Shown: one piece after another, positions 29,079-38,368 of the stretch
Numbering within the stretch: the stretch's first letter is position 1
How the letters are laid out: each line of letters opens with the position of its first letter
Source: a virus
Virus record (IMG/VR): IMGVR_UViG_3300044858_003284
Length of the DNA stretch: 64,000 nucleotides
Strand: one strand, 5' to 3'
Notes under the pieces: generated by a model
Databases searched by the model: none
What the model was told of the DNA's origin: nothing
The model's input: the letters and a program-made list of their open reading frames with translations, nothing else
Position numbers and translations under genes: made by a program

Positions 29079-29908
29079 TTCATGTTGTATTAAGGACTTG
29101 CAATAGAACTTCTTTACAGTCCGATAGAATCGTAAACAAATCCGAATGTATTCTTCGGTGCCTAAATTCAATCATTACCAATTTAAAGAATATACCAGAA
29201 AAATCATTACACATTATTGATGATAACTCGGTTGCTGAATTTCAGGACACACTCAAAGAATTAATTCGAACACACGATTTCATTACAATTAATTTTTTAC
29301 CACCAAGGAATCAAGAAGGTCTTTCTCCCAAAAAGAAATCAAGGTATTCAGTTCAAGTGGCCTACGAATACATTTATAATTTACCAGAGAATGATTTGGT
29401 GTATATTGTAGAAGATGATTATCTACATTTTCCTGGTGCCATTGAAGAAATGATTGAATCGTGGACATATCTTTCACATATTACGGGATTAGAAGTAGGT
29501 ATTTTTCCACAAGATTTCAATCAGTTATATTATCATCCAAACCATCCATACAATGAAACATATTATAGACCTTGTTTTGTTGTTCCCACACAGCATAGAT
29601 ATTATAGAACAACATGGTTTACACAAGAATCATTTATGATTCAAGCCAAGATATTTAAAAAGTATAAAGAACATTTTGATAAACTATTAATCATTGGTGA
29701 AGAAGAACATCATTGGGAAGGCAATACAATTTCTACGGTGTGGAATAAACCAGAGTTTAAAATGTTTATGCCGATGGGTTCACTAGTGGTACATATGTCA
29801 AACAAAATGGACATACCGTTTTATATAACGAAAGATACCGTAATTAAATTATGGGAAGAAAACAAAACATATTGGTCGTTGGAACAGGATTCTCAGGTTC
29901 AGTTATAG
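29075..29908 (+). CDS. GT-A fold glycosyltransferase (GT2-like)
   Basis: HIIDDNS and VYIVEDDYLH (DxD-type) motifs. Confidence 0.7.
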   Translation: MIHVVLRTCNRTSLQSDRIVNKSECILRCLNSIITNLKNIPEKSLHIIDDNSVAEFQDTLKELIRTHDFITINFLPPRNQEGLSPKKKSRYSVQVAYEYIYNLPENDLVYIVEDDYLHFPGAIEEMIESWTYLSHITGLEVGIFPQDFNQLYYHPNHPYNETYYRPCFVVPTQHRYYRTTWFTQESFMIQAKIFKKYKEHFDKLLIIGEEEHHWEGNTISTVWNKPEFKMFMPMGSLVVHMSNKMDIPFYITKDTVIKLWEENKTYWSLEQDSQVQL

Positions 29909-30852
29909 CCAGAGAACTGGCAAATGATGGTTACAATATTACCATAATTGACCAGAGAGGCCATATTGGCGGCAACTGTTATGATGAGATGGTCGATGGT
30001 GTTCTGGTGCACCGCTACGGACCGCACATCCTACACACAAATAATCGTAAAGTAATTGAATGGTTGTCCCAATACACCGAATGGATTGATTACCAACACA
30101 AAGTCAAAGCATACCACAAAGGTCAATACCTCACTTTACCACCCAATTTAGAAACACAAAAAATACTAGGTGATAAATTATTTGAAACTCTGTATGTGCC
30201 TTATTCTAAAAAGATGTGGGGCTTGCCAACCGAACAAATCGATAGTAGTATATTAAACCGAATTAAAACAAGAAATGATTTAAACGAATTATATTTTCCA
30301 AACGATGAGTATCAATATTTACCTAAAGGTGGATACAGAAAACTCTTTGAGAACATATTAAATCATTCAAACATACAAATTAAATTAAACACCAAGTTCT
30401 CCAAGCAAATGGAAAATGATTATGACTTTGTGTTTAATTCAATGGCAATCGATGAATATTATGATTACTGTTATGGTGAATTACCGTATCGATCAATTAA
30501 GTTTCACTTCACCAAGAAATCATATTTTAATATGCCAACATCGGTAGTGAATTTTACAGATGATGGACCATATACACGAATTACAAAATGGGAGTTGTTT
30601 CCTGAACACGGGTCAGGTGAACGGTATACATTAGAAGAACCTTGTGATTACCGAGATAACAATTATGAACGGTATTATCCGGTCAAAGATTCAGAAGGTT
30701 TAAATCGAGCAATATATAATAAGTATAAGGACATAAAAAACGACAAGGTCCAGTTTATTGGTAGATGTGGATTGTATGTTTACATTGATATGGATATGGC
30801 AATCAGTTCATCATTGGCAATCGTTGATAATTTTATTAAGGAACAAGTATGA
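29851..30852 (+). CDS. glf: UDP-galactopyranose mutase
   Basis: VVGTGFSG FAD motif, HIGGNCYD, HRYGPHILHT, LPYRS, YYP, GRCGLYVYIDMD. Confidence 0.9.
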   Translation: MGRKQNILVVGTGFSGSVIARELANDGYNITIIDQRGHIGGNCYDEMVDGVLVHRYGPHILHTNNRKVIEWLSQYTEWIDYQHKVKAYHKGQYLTLPPNLETQKILGDKLFETLYVPYSKKMWGLPTEQIDSSILNRIKTRNDLNELYFPNDEYQYLPKGGYRKLFENILNHSNIQIKLNTKFSKQMENDYDFVFNSMAIDEYYDYCYGELPYRSIKFHFTKKSYFNMPTSVVNFTDDGPYTRITKWELFPEHGSGERYTLEEPCDYRDNNYERYYPVKDSEGLNRAIYNKYKDIKNDKVQFIGRCGLYVYIDMDMAISSSLAIVDNFIKEQV

Positions 30853-31679
30853 AAAAGATTTTAATTATGGGTTTACCTGGTGCAGGTAAAACAACTCTAG
30901 CCGAAGCACTCAAAAATTACTTAGAAAAACATGGTGAGCGAGCTGATTATGGTGAAATGTTACCTATTACAGGATTTAATGCTCGTGTAACCTGGTTCAA
31001 TGCTGATGATGTGCGTAAGAAGTTTAATGATTGGGATTTCTCAAAAGAAGGTCGTATTCGGCAATCATTAAGAATGGCACAGTTTGCTCTTGAAGCTGGT
31101 GGTGATTATGTTATCTGTGATTTTGTGGCACCTATTCCAGAAATGAGAAACAATTTCAAAGCGGACTGGACAATTTGGGTTGATACAATTGAAGCCGGTC
31201 GTTATGAAGATACCAATAAAATGTTTGTACCACCAGATGTGTATGACTTTCGAGTGATCGAACAAAATGCGGAGAAGTGGGCTGAGTTTATTGGTAACCA
31301 CATTATTGAAAATCGTAGGCGTCCTGTGTTTGACTGGAGAAAAGAAACAGTTCAAATGTTAGGTCGGTGGCAGCCATGGCATGAAGGTCATCGTGCTTTG
31401 TTTGAACGAGCCATTGCTAAAACTGGTCAAGTAGTCATTCAAATTCGTGATTGCCAAGGTTGGCAAGGTTCTAATCCGTTTGCCATCGAACAGGTCAAAT
31501 ACTATATCCGTAGAGATTTAGATCCAATCTATCAAGGCCAATACGAGATTCAGGTGGTACCAAACATTGTCAATATCACCTATGGCCGTGATGTGGGTTA
31601 CAAAATCGAACAAGAAACCTTTGATAAATCAATCACCGACATCTCAGCCACCAAGATTCGTAAGCAAATGGGAGTCTAA
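30849..31679 (+). CDS. cysC: Adenylyl-sulfate-kinase-like P-loop domain fused to an HxGH nucleotidyltransferase domain
   Basis: GLPGAGKTT, NADDVR and ICDFVAP (APS-kinase-like); C-terminal GRWQPWHEGH ... ISATKIR. Confidence 0.75.
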   Translation: MKKILIMGLPGAGKTTLAEALKNYLEKHGERADYGEMLPITGFNARVTWFNADDVRKKFNDWDFSKEGRIRQSLRMAQFALEAGGDYVICDFVAPIPEMRNNFKADWTIWVDTIEAGRYEDTNKMFVPPDVYDFRVIEQNAEKWAEFIGNHIIENRRRPVFDWRKETVQMLGRWQPWHEGHRALFERAIAKTGQVVIQIRDCQGWQGSNPFAIEQVKYYIRRDLDPIYQGQYEIQVVPNIVNITYGRDVGYKIEQETFDKSITDISATKIRKQMGV

Positions 31680-31695
31680 CCTAATGTGGATGATT

Positions 31696-31703
31696 TATAA
31701 ATA
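31696..31703 (+). promoter_or_regulatory. T4 late promoter TATAAATA
   Basis: Exact consensus where structural genes resume after the enzyme cassette. Confidence 0.7.
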
Positions 31704-31738
31704 TAGTATAAATCACCCATATTTTAGGATAGATTCAA

Positions 31739-33448
31739 ATGACCACAAAGATTCTTGGAAACCAGATCACCAGTTACACAATTGACACGGTACAATTAAG
31801 TAATACAGCAACGGCAGCCTTTGCCAAGACACTAGCACCTAAAGTTCTTTATGCCAACGTAGCTAGTAATACTTTTACAGTATTAGATGATACAGCGGTT
31901 AACGTAGGTGGTGGTTATATCGTGGTTACTGGTGCCGAATTTCAATCTGGTGCCACCGTATTAATCGATACAACTCCTGCTTCAGCAGTAACTTATGTAA
32001 ATTCTACAACTTTACAAGTTCAAGTTCCAACAAAATCAGCGGCTTCTTACAATCTCTATGTGGTCAATCCTGATGGTGGTGTTGGTATCAAAGTTTCTGG
32101 TGTTACATATAGTTCTGAACCAGCTTGGGTCACAACAAGCCCATTAGCAAATCAAAATGCAAACACAGCCTTTGGTGTTAATCTAAGTGCTACCAGTGCA
32201 TCATCTTATTCTGTGGCAGCAGGTTCTACATTACCTGCAGGCACAACACTAGCTGCTAACGGATATTTTTCTGGCACGGTAACGATTGGTGCTCAAACTA
32301 CTTATACGTTTAGTGTTGTAGCTACTGACGCTGAATTGCAAGATTCAACAAAAACATTTCAAGTAACGGTAACGGTAACGCCATCAGGAAAAATATATGC
32401 TTGGGGTTTTAACGCAACTTATGCTTTAGGACTTAATGATACAAATAGTCGATCTAGTCCAACGCAGGTTGGATCAGCAACAAACTGGACTGTAATCAGT
32501 GCGGCTCGACATTTTTCTTTTGGAATTCAATCAGATGGTACGTTGTGGTCATGGGGGCAAGATAATAATTTTGGCCAATTAGCTCAAAATGATGGTGGAA
32601 GTTATAAAAATGTCCCGACTAAAGTAGGCAATTCTACGAATTGGAATTTAGTAACGGGTGGATGGTATCACGCAGCAGCTATCAAAACTGATGGTACTTT
32701 ATGGACTTGGGGAAGAAATCATCAAGAACAATTAGGACTTAATGATACAGTTCCTAGATCCAGTCCAACACAAGTGGGAACAGCAAACAATTGGAGTCAA
32801 GTAGCTACAGGAAAAACACATACATTAGCTATCAAAACTGACGGAACTTTATGGGCATGGGGCCAAAATAATATAGGCCAATTGGGTGTTGGAAATTTAA
32901 ATTCATATAATAGTCCAAAACAAGTAGGAACAGGAACGGACTGGAATTTAGTAAGTGCCAACCATAACTCAAGCACAGCCATTAAATCCAATGGCACTTT
33001 ATGGTCATGGGGTCAAAATTCTAATGGTGAATTGGGAATCAATAGCACATCTAATAACCCAAATAGCCCAACACAAGTAGGAACAGGAACCAATTGGAGT
33101 AAAATATACAGAGGACTATACCATATGATGGCTGTTAAAACTGATGGATCTTTATGGTTATGTGGTTATAATGGTTATGGAGAACTTGGACAAACTAACG
33201 TAATTGATCGATCTAGTCCAGTTCAAGTGGCAGGAACCACTTGGAATTTAGTAAGTGGTGGTAAATATACTAGTATAGCCACCAAAACAGACGGTACATT
33301 ATGGTCATGGGGTGCAAATGGTAACTTTGGAAAATTAGGACTTAATGATACACCTGTTCGATCCAGTCCAACACAAATAGGAACAGCAACCAATTGGAAC
33401 AAAATAAGTATGTATATTGATCATGTTTTAGTTAGCACCATTGAGTAA
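31739..33448 (+). CDS. IPT/TIG plus Ig plus RCC1-like propeller protein
   Basis: Paralog of ORFs 20439 and 23692. Confidence 0.85.
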   Translation: MTTKILGNQITSYTIDTVQLSNTATAAFAKTLAPKVLYANVASNTFTVLDDTAVNVGGGYIVVTGAEFQSGATVLIDTTPASAVTYVNSTTLQVQVPTKSAASYNLYVVNPDGGVGIKVSGVTYSSEPAWVTTSPLANQNANTAFGVNLSATSASSYSVAAGSTLPAGTTLAANGYFSGTVTIGAQTTYTFSVVATDAELQDSTKTFQVTVTVTPSGKIYAWGFNATYALGLNDTNSRSSPTQVGSATNWTVISAARHFSFGIQSDGTLWSWGQDNNFGQLAQNDGGSYKNVPTKVGNSTNWNLVTGGWYHAAAIKTDGTLWTWGRNHQEQLGLNDTVPRSSPTQVGTANNWSQVATGKTHTLAIKTDGTLWAWGQNNIGQLGVGNLNSYNSPKQVGTGTDWNLVSANHNSSTAIKSNGTLWSWGQNSNGELGINSTSNNPNSPTQVGTGTNWSKIYRGLYHMMAVKTDGSLWLCGYNGYGELGQTNVIDRSSPVQVAGTTWNLVSGGKYTSIATKTDGTLWSWGANGNFGKLGLNDTPVRSSPTQIGTATNWNKISMYIDHVLVSTIE

Positions 33449-33464
33449 TTAGACTCATTTTGTC

Positions 33465-34076
33465 ATGACATACTCTCAGCTTCCTTTTAATGGACAAACC
33501 AAGATTATCAATGGCGTTAGCTATGTGTATACGTCTGCGAATAATTCTTGGACTGTAGGCACAAGCGTACCAAGTTCAACAGAGATTGTCTATGCTGATA
33601 CTGTATATGTTACTAGCACAAACGGTATTAATTTTTTTGATGGTACAAAACAAACTACAGCCGTAGCATTAGATTCTTGGGTTCGTAGCCATGCCAATGC
33701 GGCTTACAATACAGCCAATGCTTCATTCGCAAAAGCAAATACTGGTGTAACACTCGCACAAGCTGCCTATGATTTTGCCAACAATTTAAGTGGTGGTACC
33801 GCACAAGACGGATTTGCCAGAAACATTGCAAACACAGCTGCAGCAAACACCATATATACTCAAGGTGTTGATATCACTCAAAATACCAACATCACAAATT
33901 TAAATTCTCAAATAACTATACTCAATGGTATCAATTTAACACAGAATAATGATATTAATACTGCAACCACATTAGCACAATCTGCATACAATATAGGTGT
34001 TGCAGCAAATACAGCAGCAGGCTCAGCCGCTTCAACAGGCAAAGCAATTGCTCTTTCAATAATTTTTGGAGGTTAA
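33465..34076 (+). CDS. Short fibre stalk protein ending TGKAIALSIIFGG
   Basis: FFDGTKQTTA and TQGVDITQNTNIT modules shared with other stalks. Confidence 0.65.
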   Translation: MTYSQLPFNGQTKIINGVSYVYTSANNSWTVGTSVPSSTEIVYADTVYVTSTNGINFFDGTKQTTAVALDSWVRSHANAAYNTANASFAKANTGVTLAQAAYDFANNLSGGTAQDGFARNIANTAAANTIYTQGVDITQNTNITNLNSQITILNGINLTQNNDINTATTLAQSAYNIGVAANTAAGSAASTGKAIALSIIFGG

Positions 34077-34081
34077 TTTAA

Positions 34082-34456
34082 ATGGCAGCACCAAATATAT
34101 TATCAGTTACTTCAATTACAGGAAAATCGGTGAGTTCACGGCCTGCAAATACTGCCACATACAGTATATTATCAAATGCTGCCGGCAGTAATCGTGTTTA
34201 TAAAATTAATTCAATCATTTGTTCAAATCAAAACGGCGCATCTACAATTACTGCAAACGTATTTTATAACACGGCAGCCAATGGTGCTGGTGCAAATAAT
34301 GCGTTGATTCTTTTAGCAAGTGTTCCTGCTCTTTCAACTTTAGTGGTATCAGACAAAACAACCTCGTTTTATTTGGAAGAAAATGCTTCAATTACTGTTT
34401 CTTCGGGAACAAGTAATGGTATCTCATTCTTAGTGAGTTATGAAGATATAGCATAA
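34082..34456 (+). CDS. Small beta-rich structural/adaptor protein
   Basis: MAAPNIL.VTSITGKS...YKINSI...VPALSTLVV...YLEE...SYEDI. Confidence 0.65.
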   Translation: MAAPNILSVTSITGKSVSSRPANTATYSILSNAAGSNRVYKINSIICSNQNGASTITANVFYNTAANGAGANNALILLASVPALSTLVVSDKTTSFYLEENASITVSSGTSNGISFLVSYEDIA

Positions 34457-34458
34457 TT

Positions 34459-35448
34459 ATGGCTAATTTAGGTAAATTTAGAGGCCTAAGTGCTACTGCC
34501 AATACAACTTTTGCTTCTGGTGTATTCACACTTGCTCGACACTATCAACAAGTAAAACAAAATCTTTGGCCATTTCCTGTATTTGGTCCAATTGATTATT
34601 TAATTGTTGGTGGTGGAGGTCCAGGTGGCCCAACCAATAATGCTGGTGGTGATATTCTGGTACATTCTGGCGGCGGTGGTGGTGGTCAAGTTCGAGAGTT
34701 TCTTGCTCAATATTTACTTTCAAAAGGAGCTTTTCCTGTTGTCGTTGGCACAGGAGGAACCGCACCCGCACAAACAAATACTTCAGGTATAACACCAGGT
34801 GGTGATTCTAGTTTTAATGGAATAACTTCTACTGGCGGTGGGCAAGGAGCAAATCCACCAAGCACCGCAGCTGGAGGTTCAGGAGATTTTAACGTTGCTG
34901 CTGGTCTAAGAGGTGGTGGAGCTTTTTATTTTAGGTCTCAAAGTGGATTTCCTAAAGTGCTTGTTTTTAGAGGAGCCGGATCAGGAGGATCTTCAGCATA
35001 TGGATCAACAACAACGGGAGCAACAATTGGTGCTGGTGGAGGTGGAGGCTCTGCTTCTGCAACAGGTACTCATATTGGAGGAGATGGTGTTACCTCAGTT
35101 ATAACAGGATTAGGATACGGTGGTGGAGGAAACACAGCTCAACGAGTTAATTTGCCAGCAACAGGTTATTTCGGTACTGCACAGTTTGGAACAAAACTGA
35201 CATTTGGTGGAGGTGGTTGGACTAGTTCATCTGACGGTTCTTCATCGTTTGATCCTAGACCAAATTCTGGAGGAGGAGGACAAGGAAGAACCGCTGGTAC
35301 AAACTTTGCTGGGGTACCTGGAGCTGCAGGTATTGTTGTCATTCGTTATCCAACAGGAGCAATTAGTGCCACAGGTGGTACAATAACAACAAGTGGAGGC
35401 AATACGATTCACACATTTACAACTAATGGAACGTTTACTGTATTATGA
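34459..35448 (+). CDS. Glycine-rich adhesin-like protein
   Basis: IDYLIVGGGG, multiple GGGG runs, GIVVIRYP, HTFT.NGTF. Confidence 0.75.
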   Translation: MANLGKFRGLSATANTTFASGVFTLARHYQQVKQNLWPFPVFGPIDYLIVGGGGPGGPTNNAGGDILVHSGGGGGGQVREFLAQYLLSKGAFPVVVGTGGTAPAQTNTSGITPGGDSSFNGITSTGGGQGANPPSTAAGGSGDFNVAAGLRGGGAFYFRSQSGFPKVLVFRGAGSGGSSAYGSTTTGATIGAGGGGGSASATGTHIGGDGVTSVITGLGYGGGGNTAQRVNLPATGYFGTAQFGTKLTFGGGGWTSSSDGSSSFDPRPNSGGGGQGRTAGTNFAGVPGAAGIVVIRYPTGAISATGGTITTSGGNTIHTFTTNGTFTVL

Positions 35449-37544
35449 TAGAAAATAATTTAGGTAAACTTATAGGCGTTACTCCCACAGTAAATTCAAC
35501 TACTGCTTCTGGTATTTTTACTTTAGATCAACAATATGACCAAGTTTCAAAAGACCTTTGGCCAGCTGCATTTAGAATTGATTATTTAATTGTTGGTGGA
35601 GGAGGATCAGGTGGTGGCCTCAGCGGAGGTGGTAATCCAGCTAACTTTAGCATTACCGATTCTTGGTTTCATTCTGCTGGCGGAGGTGGTGGTGGTGCAG
35701 TATTAGAATTTACCAATAAAGGTATTGCACCAGGAACTTATTCTGTGGAAGTTGGTCGAGGAGGTCAAACTTCAGTCGGTGGTACTTTTCGGGAAAGAGG
35801 ATTTCCCTCTAGATTTATGAATATAACTGCTGGCGGTGGAGGAGCAGGTGCAATAGTTCCTTTTGATTCTAGTAGTGATTCTGCTCGTTTTGGTCAAAAT
35901 GGCCAAGACAATTCTTCTTCAGGTGGCGGATCAGTATATCACACTTATGCTTCCGGATTTGGTCAAAATGGATATGCAATACAAAATGGTATAAGAGATG
36001 GAGTAGGATCTAACGGAGCCATGTCTGCAGTAACTTTTTCTGCTTCAACATATGGAGGTGGAGGTGGTGGAGCAGGTGGCGCAGGATCCACTTTTACCGG
36101 CGGCACTGGAAAAATTTCCACTATAACTGGTTTATATTACGGTGGAGGAGGTAATGCAGTCTTTACTGCAAATACTCCTACTGTGCGAGTATTAAACACT
36201 TACGGTACAAATAGTACCGGTGGCCAAGGATATTATAGTGGCGTTAACAACGGTACTTATGTTCCAGCAAGGAGCAATTCTGGTGGTGGCGGTGGTGCAC
36301 AATTTAAATGGAGAAATGAACAGTTTATATCTGACGATGGAGTTCCAAGACATGGTGCTAATGGTGTTGTAGTTATTCGATATGTCACAGGAGAATTAAG
36401 TGCTATTGGTGGAAATATGAGTACCAATGGAATTTATACACTACACACTTTTACCAGTAATGGTACAATAACAATCAGTAGTGTTACTTCAAATTTATAT
36501 TCATGGGGATTAAATTTATATGGTCAATTAGGACAAAATAACACGAGTTATCGATCAAGTCCAACACAAGTAGGAACAGAAACAGATTGGAATTTAATAA
36601 GTATTGGTTTTTCTAGTGTTGTAGCCACTAAAACAAACGGTACTTTATGGTCATGGGGACTTAACCAGTATGGACGATTAGGACTTGGTGATAGAGCTTA
36701 TCGATCCAGTCCAACACAAATAGGCACAGGAACCAATTGGAATAATATAAATCATGGAGATATTTCAGTTGTAGCAACAAAAACTGATGGTACTTTGTGG
36801 ACATGGGGATCAAATCAAGACGGTGTATTAGGACAAAATAACATGGTTTATCGATCCAGTCCGGTTCAAGTAGGAACAAACACCAATTGGAGTAAAATAT
36901 CCTCAGGTATAAATGCCATCTTAGCCACCAAAACTGATGGTACTTTATGGGCATGGGGAACTAATAGTCAAGGCGAATTAGGACTTAATGATAGAATTAA
37001 TCGATCCAGTCCAGTTCAAGTGTCATTTGATACAAATTGGAGTAAAATTTTTAACAAAAAAGGAATTTCACTAGCCATTAAAACTGACGGCACTTTATGG
37101 TCTTGGGGTTCAAATTTTTATGGCCAATTAGGACTTAATGATAGAATTAATCGATCCAGTCCAACACAAGTTGGAATAGCAACAAATTGGAGAGATATAT
37201 CTTTTGGTGCAGCTATAAAAACCGATGGCACCCTATGGTCATGGGGAAGAAATCAACTTGGCCAATTAGGACAAAACAATTTAATTTATAGATCCAGTCC
37301 AGTTCAAGTGGGAACAGCAAATAATTGGCTAACTGTTTCATCTGGAACAACATCAGATCGATCAGAAAATATGTCTGCCATTAAAACAGATGGTACTTTA
37401 TGGTCATGGGGACAAAATCTAGATGGTGTTTTAGGAACTAATAACACAACTTATAGATCCAGTCCTGTTCAAGTAGGAACTGATATCACTTGGTCAAATG
37501 TTTCAGTTGGTTATGGTACTATGTTGGCCACCAAAAAATCTTAA
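35445..37544 (+). CDS. Glycine-rich domain fused to an RCC1-like propeller
   Basis: N-terminal half paralogous to ORF 34459; C-terminal half has RCC1 repeats. Confidence 0.85.
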   Translation: MIENNLGKLIGVTPTVNSTTASGIFTLDQQYDQVSKDLWPAAFRIDYLIVGGGGSGGGLSGGGNPANFSITDSWFHSAGGGGGGAVLEFTNKGIAPGTYSVEVGRGGQTSVGGTFRERGFPSRFMNITAGGGGAGAIVPFDSSSDSARFGQNGQDNSSSGGGSVYHTYASGFGQNGYAIQNGIRDGVGSNGAMSAVTFSASTYGGGGGGAGGAGSTFTGGTGKISTITGLYYGGGGNAVFTANTPTVRVLNTYGTNSTGGQGYYSGVNNGTYVPARSNSGGGGGAQFKWRNEQFISDDGVPRHGANGVVVIRYVTGELSAIGGNMSTNGIYTLHTFTSNGTITISSVTSNLYSWGLNLYGQLGQNNTSYRSSPTQVGTETDWNLISIGFSSVVATKTNGTLWSWGLNQYGRLGLGDRAYRSSPTQIGTGTNWNNINHGDISVVATKTDGTLWTWGSNQDGVLGQNNMVYRSSPVQVGTNTNWSKISSGINAILATKTDGTLWAWGTNSQGELGLNDRINRSSPVQVSFDTNWSKIFNKKGISLAIKTDGTLWSWGSNFYGQLGLNDRINRSSPTQVGIATNWRDISFGAAIKTDGTLWSWGRNQLGQLGQNNLIYRSSPVQVGTANNWLTVSSGTTSDRSENMSAIKTDGTLWSWGQNLDGVLGTNNTTYRSSPVQVGTDITWSNVSVGYGTMLATKKS

Positions 37545-37566
37545 AAAAACTAACTAAATGTCACGG

Positions 37567-37574
37567 TATAAATA
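37567..37574 (+). promoter_or_regulatory. T4 late promoter TATAAATA
   Basis: Exact consensus upstream of the AGGAG SD of gp13. Confidence 0.75.
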
Positions 37575-37594
37575 CCTTGATATAGGAGATTAAT

Positions 37595-38368
37595 ATGCCG
37601 GCCGTAACAAATAGACAAACACTAAAAGAATATTGTTTGAGAAGATTAGGTTTTCCTGTTATTGAAATTAACGTGGATGATGACCAGATAGAGGACCGTA
37701 TTGATGATGCTCTACAATACTGGCAAGATTATCATTTTGATGGCTTACAAAAAGTATATTATATTAAAGCCATAACACAAACCGATATCAATAACAAATA
37801 TCTAGATTTAACAAACGTAAGAGATGATGCTAATAATGCTCTAGACATTGTTGGTATAACTCGTATATTTCCAATTACTGATTCTCAAGCCACAATCAAT
37901 ATGTTTGATTTGCGGTATCAATTACGTTTAAATGAGTTGTATGATTTCACTTCTGCATCATATATCAATTATACACTAACACATCAACATCTACGTTCTT
38001 TAGAAATTATGTTTTCTGGAGAAGTACCAATTCGTTTTCAAAGACACATGCGAAAACTTTTTATTGATTGGGCATGGGGTCGTTCAGCCGCTCCAGTAGG
38101 ATCAATTGTTGTTGCCGAGTGTTGGGCTAATATTAATCCTGATGTTTATAATCGTGTATGGAATGACCGTTGGGTTAAAGAATATGCCACAGCACTTATC
38201 AAAAGAACATGGGGAAATAATCTAAAGAAATTTTCTGGTGTTCAATTACCTGGTGGTGTAACACTAAATGGTAAAGAAATATTTGATGAAGCAGTTTTAG
38301 AAATAAAAGATTTAGAAACTGAAATGCAAAACAATTATTCTCTACCTATAGATTGGTACATGAACTAA
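37595..38368 (+). CDS. gp13: Neck protein gp13
   Basis: LKEYCLRRLGFPVIEINV.DDQIEDRIDDALQYW..YHFDG; WVKEYATALIKR.WG.NLKKF.GVQLPGGVTLNG. Confidence 0.93.
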   Translation: MPAVTNRQTLKEYCLRRLGFPVIEINVDDDQIEDRIDDALQYWQDYHFDGLQKVYYIKAITQTDINNKYLDLTNVRDDANNALDIVGITRIFPITDSQATINMFDLRYQLRLNELYDFTSASYINYTLTHQHLRSLEIMFSGEVPIRFQRHMRKLFIDWAWGRSAAPVGSIVVAECWANINPDVYNRVWNDRWVKEYATALIKRTWGNNLKKFSGVQLPGGVTLNGKEIFDEAVLEIKDLETEMQNNYSLPIDWYMN

